A DNA stretch of 63,172 nucleotides, filler included, from an uncultured bacterium (GCA_964637655.1; 10 parts of 10 records of this genome joined end to end with filler, not necessarily neighbours in it); one strand, 5' to 3'; positions 47,269 through 57,110 are shown, counted from the whole stretch's first letter. Numbers and translations are program-made. The notes: generated by a model from the sequence alone, not told the origin.

Positions 47269-47305
47269 GATTATGTGACTGGTACCATGAATAATCGGGG
47301 GCGGG

Positions 47306-48154
47306 TTATTCGGAGGGGGTGCGGAAGCGGGCGGCAATGCCATCGGGGCGCAGGCAGTCCTGCAACAGCGGCCAGGGCACGGTCACCTCGATGGCGCCGG
47401 CCGCGTAGCAGGCGATAGCATACGGATTGTAGTGGCAGGAAAAGCCGGCATCGCTGAGGGCGAAGTTGTCGGTAACCGGGATGGTGGCGACGTCGAGGGT
47501 TTGCGTCAGCGGCTGCGTGTCGGCGAGGCCGTTGGCGCGGCGGTAGCTGTCGCTGAGCAGACGCGACAGCGTCGCCTCCGACCCGGGCAGGAACAGGTCG
47601 TGCAAGCCGATAGTGTCGCCCGTCGCCTCGTCAAAGACCGTGTAGCCGGTGCCATAGATCCCGTGCGCGCCGCCGGTATAGGTGTAATAGGAGAGGCCGA
47701 CGGTCAGCGTCCCGCGGCAGCGCGCGGTTTCCTGCTGCACCTGCTCGTAATGCCAGCGCCGGATATGCGACGGCAGTTCCGCGTCGAGTTCCGCCGTCGC
47801 CACGCGGTATTCCGCGATGATGCGCTCGCGCATATCGGCCAGGGCGGCCGGCGCGTCATCGGCAAACGGGCGCGTGTCTTCGCCATCGCCCCAGACCGGG
47901 ACGCGGAAGAAACCGTCGCGCAGCGCCGCCCGCAGCCGCGTCATCACCACGCCGCCGCCGACCGGTTCGAGATGTGTCAGTGCCACCTGCACAAACGGAC
48001 TCGTATCGTCATCCGCAAAAGCGGGCCAGGCCGCGGTGTCGCTGTACACGCGAAACAACGCCGAGGCGGTGACCGGTGCCGGGACAACTGGCTCCCGCGC
48101 CGCCGTGCAGGCAGCGAGCAGCGGCAGCAGGCAGAGCAGCAGACGCAGGGTCAC
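47306..48154 (-). CDS. DUF3298/DUF4163 (RsiV/PdaC-like) lipoprotein
   Basis: Lipobox LAAC; YTYTGGAHG, LHDLF, NF, YNPYAIACYAAG. Confidence 0.88.
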   Translation of the reverse strand: MTLRLLLCLLPLLAACTAAREPVVPAPVTASALFRVYSDTAAWPAFADDDTSPFVQVALTHLEPVGGGVVMTRLRAALRDGFFRVPVWGDGEDTRPFADDAPAALADMRERIIAEYRVATAELDAELPSHIRRWHYEQVQQETARCRGTLTVGLSYYTYTGGAHGIYGTGYTVFDEATGDTIGLHDLFLPGSEATLSRLLSDSYRRANGLADTQPLTQTLDVATIPVTDNFALSDAGFSCHYNPYAIACYAAGAIEVTVPWPLLQDCLRPDGIAARFRTPSE

Positions 48155-48597
48155 GTCAGCGGCCCGCTGTCAGAGGTGCTGTCAGGGCGCCCGTAGCGCG
48201 GGCGGTCGCTATGGTCGCGGTCGAGGTCGGCCAGCTGGATATCGAGCGCGGCGGCCGACAGGTGGATTTCCCAGATGGAAATGCCGAGCGACCCGAGCAG
48301 GAAGAGCAGTGACAGCGCGAAGAACGCCATCGCCATCCCGGTCTCCCCGAAAAAGAGCAGCAGCATGCAGAGCACGCAGAGAAAGAAACTGGAGACGCTG
48401 AGGAGCTGCATGTCCTTGATCAGTTTGATGCGGCGCTGCAGGAAGGAAATCTGCAGGCGCACCGCGGGGTGCGGATGGGCGCAGTAGTCATGGTAGAGAT
48501 GGCGCACGAGTCCCGCGAGCGTGTTGAAGCGGTTGGTATAGGCGAGCAACAGCAGCGTGATGGCGGGAAAGAGCAGGGCAGGCGTCGTCATGTTCAT
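48151..48597 (-). CDS. DUF2721 membrane protein
   Basis: TTPALLFPAITLLLLAYTNRF..RRIKLIK.MQ..EIHLS..AL. Confidence 0.88.
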   Translation of the reverse strand: MNMTTPALLFPAITLLLLAYTNRFNTLAGLVRHLYHDYCAHPHPAVRLQISFLQRRIKLIKDMQLLSVSSFFLCVLCMLLLFFGETGMAMAFFALSLLFLLGSLGISIWEIHLSAAALDIQLADLDRDHSDRPRYGRPDSTSDSGPLT

Positions 48598-48726
48598 GTC
48601 CGGTCTCCGGCGTGCCGCAGCACGGGCGCATCCTACCACCACCGCCCGCGCGCGTCAACAATCCGGACACTTGCAGCAGCCGGACGATTGTTATACAATC
48701 GCGCCACTATCACTCAGGAGGCAGTC

Positions 48727-49944
48727 ATGGCCGAGATCAGGGCGTTCCGCGGTTTCCGTCCGTCCACCGCACAGGCAGGGCAGGTGGCGTCGCCACCGTA
48801 CGACGTGCTCAATTCGCAGGAGGCGCGCGTCATGGCGCAGGGGAACCCCCTCTCCTTCCTGCATATCTGCAAGCCGGAGATCGACCTCCCCGCGGACGTG
48901 GACGAACACAGCGAGGCGGTCTACCAGCAGGGGCGGACAAACCTGCAGCAGTTCGTCGCGCAGGGCATCCTGCAGCAGGACGCGGCCCCGGCGCTCTACA
49001 TCTACAGCCAGCGCATGGGGAGCCACTACCAGACGGGGATCGTCGCGCTCGCCTCGGCGCAGGAGTATGTCGACGACAAGATCAAGAAGCACGAGCATAC
49101 GCGACCCGACAAGGTCGAGGACCGCACGAAGCTGATCGCCACCATGGGCGCGCATGCCGAGCCGGTCTTCCTCACCTACCGCCACCGCGCCGCCATCGAT
49201 GCGCTGGTCAAAACCATCCAGCAGCGCCCGCCGGTGGCCGACTTCACCGCGGACGACGGCTTCGGGCACACGGTCTGGACGGTCACCGACCCGCAGGAGA
49301 TCGCCGCGCTCACCGGCGAAATGAAACAGGTCGACCTCATGTATATCGCTGACGGGCATCACCGCAGCGCCTCGGCGGTCGAGAACCACGCGTGGGACAA
49401 GACCGACGCGACCGCCTTCTTCCTCGCGGTCATCTTCCCCGACAACCAGCTCGCCATCATGGACTACAACCGCGCGGTGAAGGACCTCAACGGGCTGGAC
49501 AAAGCCGGGTTTCTGAAACAGCTGGAAGGGAAGTTCACGGTGAAACCGTGGTCGAAGCAGAAGCCGCCGTCGCGCCACACCGTGGCGATGTACCTCGACA
49601 AGGCGTGGCACCTGCTGACGGTGAAGCCGGAGTGCATCGACGAACAGGACCCGCAGAAGCGGCTCGACGTGTCGCTGCTGCAGGAGCACCTGCTCGCCCC
49701 GGTGCTGGGCATCGCCAACCCGCGCACGGATAAGCGCATCGATTTCATCGGCGGCCTGCGCGGGCTGGGGGAGCTGGAGCGCATCGTCGACGACGGCAGC
49801 CACGCGGTGGCGTTCGCCATGTTCCCGGTGAGCATCAGCGACCTGCTCGCCATCGCCGACGCGGGCGAGGTCATGCCCCCGAAGTCGACGTGGTTCGAGC
49901 CCAAGCTGCGCAGCGGGCTCATCGTCAACATTTTCAAGCCGTAG
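48727..49944 (+). CDS. DUF1015 family protein
   Basis: SPPYDV, IKKHEHT, YIADGHHR, MPPKSTWFEPKLRSGL; AGGAGG RBS. Confidence 0.93.
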   Translation: MAEIRAFRGFRPSTAQAGQVASPPYDVLNSQEARVMAQGNPLSFLHICKPEIDLPADVDEHSEAVYQQGRTNLQQFVAQGILQQDAAPALYIYSQRMGSHYQTGIVALASAQEYVDDKIKKHEHTRPDKVEDRTKLIATMGAHAEPVFLTYRHRAAIDALVKTIQQRPPVADFTADDGFGHTVWTVTDPQEIAALTGEMKQVDLMYIADGHHRSASAVENHAWDKTDATAFFLAVIFPDNQLAIMDYNRAVKDLNGLDKAGFLKQLEGKFTVKPWSKQKPPSRHTVAMYLDKAWHLLTVKPECIDEQDPQKRLDVSLLQEHLLAPVLGIANPRTDKRIDFIGGLRGLGELERIVDDGSHAVAFAMFPVSISDLLAIADAGEVMPPKSTWFEPKLRSGLIVNIFKP

Positions 49945-49988
49945 GCGGCGCTCCCCGCCCCACGCCACCGGCTGGCGGGCGGTTCCCG

Positions 49989-50405
49989 TCAGCCGGTTTC
50001 CTTTTGCCGGTACTGTTTCAGGAATTCCGCCGGGCTGCTGACCCGCACGCCGCGGCAGGCGGCATCCGGGAAGTGCCGCAGGTTGCCCGTGACCAGGCAG
50101 TCGGCGGCGCCGCGCAAAGCCACCTGCAGGAATTTTTCATCATCCTGATGCGGCAGACGGACGGCACACACACCGGCCGGGATCAGCCGCCCGTGAAACT
50201 CAAGTTGCAGCAGTACCGCCTCGCGCAGCGCATCCGGGATGGCGAATTTTGGTCGGGCCAGCACTGCGCGATACTCGATGCTGATCGCCGCGTCATACAG
50301 CACGCTGATGCGACCGGCCATTACCTCGTCGAGGATGGCGGCCGGTGTCCCCCTGGCTGCAAGCAGACCAGACACCAGCACGTTGGTGTCAAGGACGATG
50401 TTCAC
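49989..50405 (-). CDS. PIN domain toxin (PIN_3 type)
   Basis: IVLDTNVLVSGLL, DDEKFL, LVTGNLRHFP, SPAEF. Confidence 0.92.
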   Translation of the reverse strand: MNIVLDTNVLVSGLLAARGTPAAILDEVMAGRISVLYDAAISIEYRAVLARPKFAIPDALREAVLLQLEFHGRLIPAGVCAVRLPHQDDEKFLQVALRGAADCLVTGNLRHFPDAACRGVRVSSPAEFLKQYRQKETG

Positions 50406-50707
50406 GCGCGCTTGCCGGTCGGCCGCTTCCGCGTCTTGCGTGCCGCCGCGATTTCGCGTTCGATCTGCACCGGGGTCAGCGCCGCGCGACCGTTGTCTGC
50501 GCTGCGCCGCCTGATGGTTGCCACCGCCTGCTCCGCCCGCACGCGGCGGCGCAGCGTCAGTTCATCGAGCAGGGTCGTCTCATCCGCCGCGGTGAGCAGC
50601 GCCACCGGGCGGCCATTGCTGGTCACCGCCAGTTCGCCTTCCGCCCGCAGCGACCGCCAGACCGCTCCGGGCCGGCTGCGCAAATCACGTACCGTCACAT
50701 AGCGCAT
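50402..50707 (-). CDS. Phd/YefM family antitoxin
   Basis: MRYVTVRDLR..VTSNGRPVALL; GGAGG RBS. Confidence 0.9.
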   Translation of the reverse strand: MRYVTVRDLRSRPGAVWRSLRAEGELAVTSNGRPVALLTAADETTLLDELTLRRRVRAEQAVATIRRRSADNGRAALTPVQIEREIAAARKTRKRPTGKRA

Positions 50708-51008
50708 GGTGCACCTCCGTCACTCATACGTGTATCATTATGTCATCATATTGTCAACATGAGTACGGAGAATCCGCACCGGGTGGTCCACGTTCCGCGC
50801 CGCAGCCGGGCGGACGGCAGCGCCGGNNNNNNNNNNNNNNNNNNNNNNNNNNNNNNNNNNNNNNNNNNNNTTAATTAATTAANNNNNNNNNNNNNNNNNN
50901 NNNNNNNNNNNNNNNNNNNNNNNNNNGGGCGAGGGAGAGAATGCCCTCCCTCTCCCTCTGGGAGAGGGCAGGGGTGAGGGGGCTTTTCCCCTCCGTATAA
51001 TCAAAATA

Positions 51009-53894
51009 TCAGCGCGGGCGGGGGAGGCGCTGCAGCAGGTGCAGCAGCGCGTCGCAATCGAACGGCTTGTCGAGCGAGCCGAGCACCGTGCAGGCATGCG
51101 CAACCACGGGCACCTCGTCAGGGTAGCCGGACATCAGGATGGCCGGCAGGCCGGGACGGACTTCGCCGAGACGCTGCAGCAGTTCGTAGCCGTTCATCCG
51201 CGGCATCACGACATCGGTGATAACTGCCGTGAACGATGCCGGCGCGACGCGGAACACTTCCAGCGCACGCTGCGGGTCGCGTTCCGCCTGCACACTGCAC
51301 CCCGCCTGCTCCAGCAATCGCGCGAGGGGCTGCAGCATGTCCGCGTCATCATCCACCAGCAGCAGATGCGCTGCTCTGCGCGCCGGTGCTGCCGGCGCGC
51401 TTTCTGCGGGTGCGGCATCAGCGCGCGGCAGGTAGATGCTGAATTCCGTCCCCTTCCCCGTTGCGCTGTTCACGTCGATGTGGCCGCCCATATCACGCAC
51501 CGTCGCCGCCGCGGTGCTCAACCCGAGCCCCGTTCCCTGCGTCGGTCCCTTGGTGGTGTAGAACGGCTCGAAGACGCGCGGCAGGTCAGCGGCGTCGATG
51601 CCGCTGCCCGTATCGCGCACGCGCAGGCAACAGCAGGTGCCGGCATGCCGCAGATACGGCGGTGCCGTTGCCGGAAGTGGCGCTCTGCGTTCGAGCGTGA
51701 TTTCCAGTGTCCCGCCGTCAGGCATGGCGTCGCGCGCATTGAGACAGAGATTGAGCAGCAGCTGCTGCACTTCCGCACCTGCCCCTTCGACCATCACCGG
51801 CGACGACGGCAACGCGAACCGCGCCGTGATATTCTTCGGGAAGGTGCTGCTGATCAGGCCGCGCAACGCGGTCACTTCCGCCACGAGATCGAGCCGCTGC
51901 AACCGCAGGTTGGCGCCGCGCGCGAATTTCAGCATGGTCGATGACAGGTCGGCCCCGCGGCGGATCAGGGTGCGGATGCCGGCGGTATAGGTTGCCCACT
52001 CGTGCGCGTCGCGCGGTGTCTCATCGAGCAGCGTCAGGTAGTTGAGCAGGCCGCCGAACAGGTTATTGTAATTGTGCGCGAGCCCGGCCGCGAGCTGCCC
52101 GATGGCCGCGGTGCGCTCCTGCCGCACCATCGCCGCGTGTCGCTGCCGGTCGCGCGTGATGTCGATGATGATGCCGCGATAGGCAGCCACATTGCCGTCC
52201 GTGCCGAATACCGGCTGCCCGTGCGCCAGCAGCCAGCGGGGCGTGCCGTCGCGGGTATTGACCCGCAACTCGTACTCGATATCCGCGCCGCGCGCAATTG
52301 CATCGCGTTCCATGCTGATAATGCGGTCGCGGTCATCGGGATGCACCGCCGAGAGCCAGGCCGCCAGCGAGGCAGGGGTGTCGCGCGGCAGGTCGAGCAG
52401 TTCCCACACCTCGTCCGACCAGGTGGTGCGGTTGTCGTCAATCGTCACCTGCCAGAAGCCCGCATGCGCCGCGCGCAGCGCCTCGTGCACCTGCCGGTCG
52501 CGTTCCTGCAGACGCTGCCGCTGTTCCTCGCGCGTCGTCACGTCGATGCCGACACAGATGATGCCGGTGGTCTTGCCGTCCGTATCGCGCAGCGTCCGGT
52601 CATGCCACTCGATCAATCGCTCCGCACCGTTGCGGATGCGGATGGCATTGACATTGCCCCGCGTGCTGTCGCCAGCCGTCGCGCTACGTAATACTGCGGC
52701 AATGCGTGTCTGTTCAGCCGGCGGGATGAAGGTGGCCAGCCAGTCGCGCCCGACCGCCTCCTGCGGCGCATACCCGGTCAGTTCGCAAAAGTACGGGTTG
52801 ACGCTGACCACCTTCCCTGCCGGGTCGAGTTGCATGATGATAACCGGTGCCGCCTGCAGCACGGTATCGGCAAAGGAGCGCGACTGACGCGCCTCCTCCT
52901 GCAGCTGCGCCTTCTCCGTGACATCGATAATGATGCCGTGGATGCCGTCCGTCTCACTACGCAGACGTGAAGCGAGGGTGCGCTGTTCGCCATCGGGGCG
53001 CACGATGCGGTACTGCACTTCCGCCTGTCCGCGCTGCCGCGCGCGCTGATACGCGGCAGCAAAGGTCTCGCGGTCGTCAGGATGAACCATGGCCTGTACC
53101 GCGGCAAAGGTCGGCACGAAGTCATCAGTGACCCCGAAGATGGCGCGGCAGTTGTCCGACCAGACCGCCGTCCCCGTCACGTCCAGCCGGGTGAAATGCC
53201 CGAGACGGGCGAGTTGTTCCGCTTCGGCGTGGTTATCGGTCAGGTGCCGCAGTTTCGCCAGCAGTTTTTCGCGCACCCGGGCGTCCGTGCTGAGCGCCTC
53301 TTCCGAGGCGCGCACCTGCTGGAGCATCGCCTGCAGCTCCTGCTGCGTCGCCTGCAGTGAGGCCGTGCGCGCGCTGACAAGGTGCTCCAGTTGCTCACGG
53401 TCACCCGCCGCGACAAAGAGCGGCGCGAGATGCCGGGCGATGAGCGTGCACTGACGCAGCACATTGGCCAGATTTCCGTGGTCGGGAATACCCAGCAGGA
53501 GCAGCACTCCAGTCGTTTCCGCGTGCGTGGCCAGCGGCACCGCCATGGCATCGGTATAGCCCGCCTCGCGCAGGAGCAGTGCGGCCGGCGTGGTCGAAGC
53601 GGCGGCAATGACCTGCTCCGTGCCGCTGGCACTGACACTGCGGCAGAGTTCGTGCAACGTCGTATCAGACAAACCTGCCCGGTGGCGCTCCGGCACCAGC
53701 GCCATCGTCGTGAACGCGCCAGTCGCAGCGTTGCGCAGGCAGCAGGTGACGGTGCGATAACCGGTCAGTTCCCGCAGCCGCACTGCCAGTGCCTGCGCCA
53801 TTTCCGCCTGCGTCGCGCAGTGCAGTACGGCATCGATGATATCGAGCGTGGCGACCGCGAGGGCAGGGTCCTCGTGCATGCGCAGTTCAGCCAT
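51009..53894 (-). CDS. Cytoplasmic hybrid sensor kinase (GAF-like, 3 PAS, HisKA, HATPase, REC)
   Basis: PAS motifs VHPDDR, DVTE; H-box AHNYNN; NLCLNARDAM, DTGSGI, GTGLGL; REC LVDDD, TDVVMP, KP. Confidence 0.92.
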   Translation of the reverse strand: MAELRMHEDPALAVATLDIIDAVLHCATQAEMAQALAVRLRELTGYRTVTCCLRNAATGAFTTMALVPERHRAGLSDTTLHELCRSVSASGTEQVIAAASTTPAALLLREAGYTDAMAVPLATHAETTGVLLLLGIPDHGNLANVLRQCTLIARHLAPLFVAAGDREQLEHLVSARTASLQATQQELQAMLQQVRASEEALSTDARVREKLLAKLRHLTDNHAEAEQLARLGHFTRLDVTGTAVWSDNCRAIFGVTDDFVPTFAAVQAMVHPDDRETFAAAYQRARQRGQAEVQYRIVRPDGEQRTLASRLRSETDGIHGIIIDVTEKAQLQEEARQSRSFADTVLQAAPVIIMQLDPAGKVVSVNPYFCELTGYAPQEAVGRDWLATFIPPAEQTRIAAVLRSATAGDSTRGNVNAIRIRNGAERLIEWHDRTLRDTDGKTTGIICVGIDVTTREEQRQRLQERDRQVHEALRAAHAGFWQVTIDDNRTTWSDEVWELLDLPRDTPASLAAWLSAVHPDDRDRIISMERDAIARGADIEYELRVNTRDGTPRWLLAHGQPVFGTDGNVAAYRGIIIDITRDRQRHAAMVRQERTAAIGQLAAGLAHNYNNLFGGLLNYLTLLDETPRDAHEWATYTAGIRTLIRRGADLSSTMLKFARGANLRLQRLDLVAEVTALRGLISSTFPKNITARFALPSSPVMVEGAGAEVQQLLLNLCLNARDAMPDGGTLEITLERRAPLPATAPPYLRHAGTCCCLRVRDTGSGIDAADLPRVFEPFYTTKGPTQGTGLGLSTAAATVRDMGGHIDVNSATGKGTEFSIYLPRADAAPAESAPAAPARRAAHLLLVDDDADMLQPLARLLEQAGCSVQAERDPQRALEVFRVAPASFTAVITDVVMPRMNGYELLQRLGEVRPGLPAILMSGYPDEVPVVAHACTVLGSLDKPFDCDALLHLLQRLPRPR

Positions 53895-54447
53895 GCAGCG
53901 CTCCGTCAACCGCCGTGCGCAACTGTTTCAGCCCGGTGACACGCACCTGCCAGGGCAGCCCGCAGAAATCGCTGAATTCCTGCAGTGCCGCTTCGGGTAC
54001 CGGCACCAGTCCGGTATCGAGATAGAGCAGGTAGCGGTGATGCTCGCGCATGAAGTCGCGCGCCGTGCTGCCGTCAAGTCCGAGTTCCTGCGCGAAGACC
54101 TCGCGCCAGCGCCGCGCCCATTCAGGCATCAGGAAAAAAGCGCCATCGCGGCGCAGGGTGCGGTAGGTTTCCGTGCCGAGCAGTATCTCGCAGCAGTTGA
54201 TGCCCGTGGTGCGACGCACCCGCCCGCGCTCCCCGCAGTCAGGCATGCGCGGATGGCAGTCACCATAGAGCAGGACGACCGCGCGGTCGCCCGCTGTTGC
54301 CAGCGCGGCATCGAGTTGCACCCGCAGTTCCGCCGGCCGGATATGCAGCGTGGATTCAAGGAAGTGCCGGTCGCAGGCGAGGTCGGGGAGCGCCGCCAGT
54401 TCCGCGCGGAAGATGGAACAGGCAATGCAGAGCGGGCGTTCAGCCAT
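53887..54447 (-). CDS. DUF1638 domain protein
   Basis: CIACSIFRAEL, LHIRP, LLYGDCH, NCCEILLG, YLDTG. Confidence 0.82.
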   Translation of the reverse strand: MAERPLCIACSIFRAELAALPDLACDRHFLESTLHIRPAELRVQLDAALATAGDRAVVLLYGDCHPRMPDCGERGRVRRTTGINCCEILLGTETYRTLRRDGAFFLMPEWARRWREVFAQELGLDGSTARDFMREHHRYLLYLDTGLVPVPEAALQEFSDFCGLPWQVRVTGLKQLRTAVDGALHG

Positions 54448-55441
54448 CGGCGAACACGCCGGCAAGCGCATGCAGGTTTCCGGGCGCCGTCGCGTACGGC
54501 ACATCCGGGCCGGTGGTGGTGAAGATGAAGCGGGTGTCGGTCAGTTCAGTGCAGCGCGCGCGCGCGGACATGGCGATTTCCGACGGGGCCCGGTCAGCCA
54601 GTGACGGGCCGTCGATGCCGCTGAGCAGCGGGCGCTCCGGTCCCACCGCGGCGCGGCAGGCCGCGAGCGGGTCGCGCGCATCGACCGCGAACGCCGCCGC
54701 GGGGAGCGGGGCGAGCAGGTCGAGGAAGGGATGCATAGGGCCGCCGGCATGATGGATGATGACCGGGCCCTTGACCTGGCTGAGCGCCTGCTGCAGCACC
54801 GGCACCACGTGCTGCTCGACCAGCGTGCGCGGCAGCACCGCGGGCGAAGTGAATATGCTCGGAAGAATGACGCAGGCTGCTCCGTCAGCAAGCAGGGCGT
54901 TCGCCCAGCGCACGAAATGCGCTGACGTCATCGCCAGCACGTCGCGCCGCAACGGCACCTCACAGAGGAATATCTCCAGCCAGCGTTCGAGCCCGAAGAG
55001 CATTACCGGCAGGGCAAACGGGTCGAGCGCCAGTGCCGCCACCGGCAGCGTCGTGCCGTTATCCGCCACGGTGCGGCGCAACGACTCGCGCAGGTAGAGC
55101 AGTGACGGGTGGATGTCGATATCGGGCAGGTGGCAAGCGGTAAATTCCTCTCCCGCCAGCGCGGGGCGGTCGAGGTTGGGTGGCTGGTTGGCAAAGGTAT
55201 GGGCGGTGGCGCCGAACGCTTCTCCTTCCTTCACCAGCGCAAACGGCATGAAGAGGATGTCAGGATGGAAGGTGTCGCGCACCGCCCGCTGCCCTGCCGC
55301 GTAGGCGCCCGGGTCGTGATAGTAGCGTTCCAGCGGGCAGTCCGTAAGGCGGGCGCCATACAGCGAGAGGACCGCGGTCCACGGGGTGCGGTCGGGCCTT
55401 GCCCCGCTCAGCGCCGCCATGACGCGCTCGGCGCTGTTCAT
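54440..55441 (-). CDS. URO-D/MtaA(CmuA) family protein
   Basis: MNSAERV.AAL.G..PDR.P, EGEAFGA, PF; Zn-site region reads IIHHAGG and TTTGPD. Confidence 0.85.
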   Translation of the reverse strand: MNSAERVMAALSGARPDRTPWTAVLSLYGARLTDCPLERYYHDPGAYAAGQRAVRDTFHPDILFMPFALVKEGEAFGATAHTFANQPPNLDRPALAGEEFTACHLPDIDIHPSLLYLRESLRRTVADNGTTLPVAALALDPFALPVMLFGLERWLEIFLCEVPLRRDVLAMTSAHFVRWANALLADGAACVILPSIFTSPAVLPRTLVEQHVVPVLQQALSQVKGPVIIHHAGGPMHPFLDLLAPLPAAAFAVDARDPLAACRAAVGPERPLLSGIDGPSLADRAPSEIAMSARARCTELTDTRFIFTTTGPDVPYATAPGNLHALAGVFADG

Positions 55442-56094
55442 GAGGCCGACTCCCAGAGGCGCGCGAAGAGCGCGGGGGCTTCGAGCGCGTTGGGCGCCGT
55501 CCCGTCACCGCCCAGTTCGTTGACCAGTTCCGGGCGCAGGTTGAAGACCGCGCCGCCCACCGCAAGTTTCAGGTGCGCCCGCAGGCCGCGCCGCTCGATC
55601 TGCGCGCGCACGGCGCGGATATTGCGCGCGGTGGTGAGCATCATCGCCGAAACGCCCACCACCTTCGCCCCGCTCTGCTCCGCCGCGTCGAGCAACCGGT
55701 CGGCGGTGACGTCGGTGCCAAGATCGATGACTTCCCAGCCGTCGAGTTTGAGGAAGGTCCCGACCATGCGCCGCCCGAGGGGATGGAAATCATCCTCGGC
55801 ATTGGCAATGACCACCGGGCCGGGGCGTTTGCCTGCCGGTGCCTGCGCCCGCTGCTCTGCCACCCGTTCGAGAAAGTCCTCGACCACCTTGCCGGCGATA
55901 TACCCTTGCGCCAGCGAGATGCTCTCCTTCGCCCAGGCCTCACCGATGGCGCGCAACGTCGGTTCCAGCAATTCGCTAATGACCTGTTCCGGAGTACGCT
56001 GCGGTGCGAACTGTTCGAGCACGGCATTGGCCGCCCCGCGGTCGCCCCGCATGATGGCGGCAAGCAACTGGTCAGGAGGGTTCTGCTGCGGCAT
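55438..56094 (-). CDS. Corrinoid (B12-binding) protein, MtaC/MtbC type
   Basis: Cap domain LEPTLRAIGEAW, base-off motif DFHPLG (DxHxxG), DLGTDV, GVSAMM, VGGA. Confidence 0.92.
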   Translation of the reverse strand: MPQQNPPDQLLAAIMRGDRGAANAVLEQFAPQRTPEQVISELLEPTLRAIGEAWAKESISLAQGYIAGKVVEDFLERVAEQRAQAPAGKRPGPVVIANAEDDFHPLGRRMVGTFLKLDGWEVIDLGTDVTADRLLDAAEQSGAKVVGVSAMMLTTARNIRAVRAQIERRGLRAHLKLAVGGAVFNLRPELVNELGGDGTAPNALEAPALFARLWESAS

Positions 56095-56204
56095 AGGGCA
56101 CCTCACCGTATGTTGTTGCCTGACATTTCAGTATAGCATACTCTTCGTTTCTGTTCAGGCTGCGCAGGCATGTTGGAGCGCTGCTCAGCCACCTTGCCCC
56201 CTGA

Positions 56205-56345
56205 TATCCTGCTACGCGACCGCGGTTGCGGCATAGGTCACCGCAATCGTCAGCGGGAGCGCCGTCCGTCTCCCGGGTCGCCTGTATCCTGGTGCGCGAC
56301 TGCGGTTGCAGCAAAGGGCACCGCAATCGTCAGCGGGAGCGCCGT
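56205..56345. repeat. Two ~61-bp direct repeats with internal hairpins, period 80 bp
   Basis: TATCCTG..GCGAC.GCGGTTGC..CACCGCAATCGTCAGCGGGAGCGCCGT at 56205-56265 and 56285-56345. Confidence 0.85.
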
Positions 56346-56798
56346 AAAACCTGCCGGCGGCGTGAGACGCCGTCGGCAGGGAAACGCGCGACCCCGCGGG
56401 AGGCGGGACAACCATCACGCATTTTTTACATTCGTCGCAACTATTCACCCAATCAGTCCCCTCTCCTTTGGGAGAGGGCGACGCGCAGCGTCGGGTGAGG
56501 GGATACGTCCGCCGTGTCCGCCCTCGCCGCTCCGCGTCTTCCTCTCCCGCTATGAACAGCGGGCGAGGGGACAGACGGGCTGAATAGTTACCATTCGTCT
56601 TTGAAAAAGCGGCCCGATGCCGAAGCACCGGGCCGCTGCCATGCTGGACGCCATCAATGATGACGTACAAGCCAACGTTGCTGTTTTTGCCTTCCCACAA
56701 TTGCCGGTTTATGTGTTACTGTTTCCCACTGACGCATCTGAATCAGTCGTTTTCCGCCGTTTCCCTATCACCGTAAATGGGGACTGTCCCCATTTATT

Positions 56799-57010
56799 TC
56801 AGAACTCCTTCAGCGTTTTGTCGTCGTCGAAGGGGATGGCCTGCGCTCCTGCCGATGCCGCCGGTTTCGCCACCACTTTCGGTGCCGCCGCCACGGCCCT
56901 CGCCGCCGGCTTCGCCTTCTTCGCCGCTGGCTTCTGCCCGCTGATGACAAATGAACCGGCCAGCGCGTTGACTTCCACCGCCTGCCCGCTCAATTCTTCG
57001 GCTGCGCTCG
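56799..57010 (-). CDS. Methyl-accepting chemotaxis protein C-terminus (partial)
   Basis: SAAEELSGQA methylation helix, Ala/Lys/Pro linker, IPFDDDKTLKEF tail. Confidence 0.85.
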
Positions 57011-57110
57011 NNNNNNNNNNNNNNNNNNNNNNNNNNNNNNNNNNNNNNNNNNNNTTAATTAATTAANNNNNNNNNNNNNNNNNNNNNNNNNNNNNNNNNN
57101 NNNNNNNNNN

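Noticed and set aside
56205-56345. Mini-CRISPR or cobalamin riboswitch
   Set aside because: Only two ~61-bp units with a 19-bp gap, and no B12-box consensus recognised.
6354-57110. Recurring TTAATTAATTAA within N-runs as a biological repeat, and gene clusters spanning them
   Set aside because: Identical 100-bp assembly linkers between length-sorted contigs; adjacency across them carries no information.
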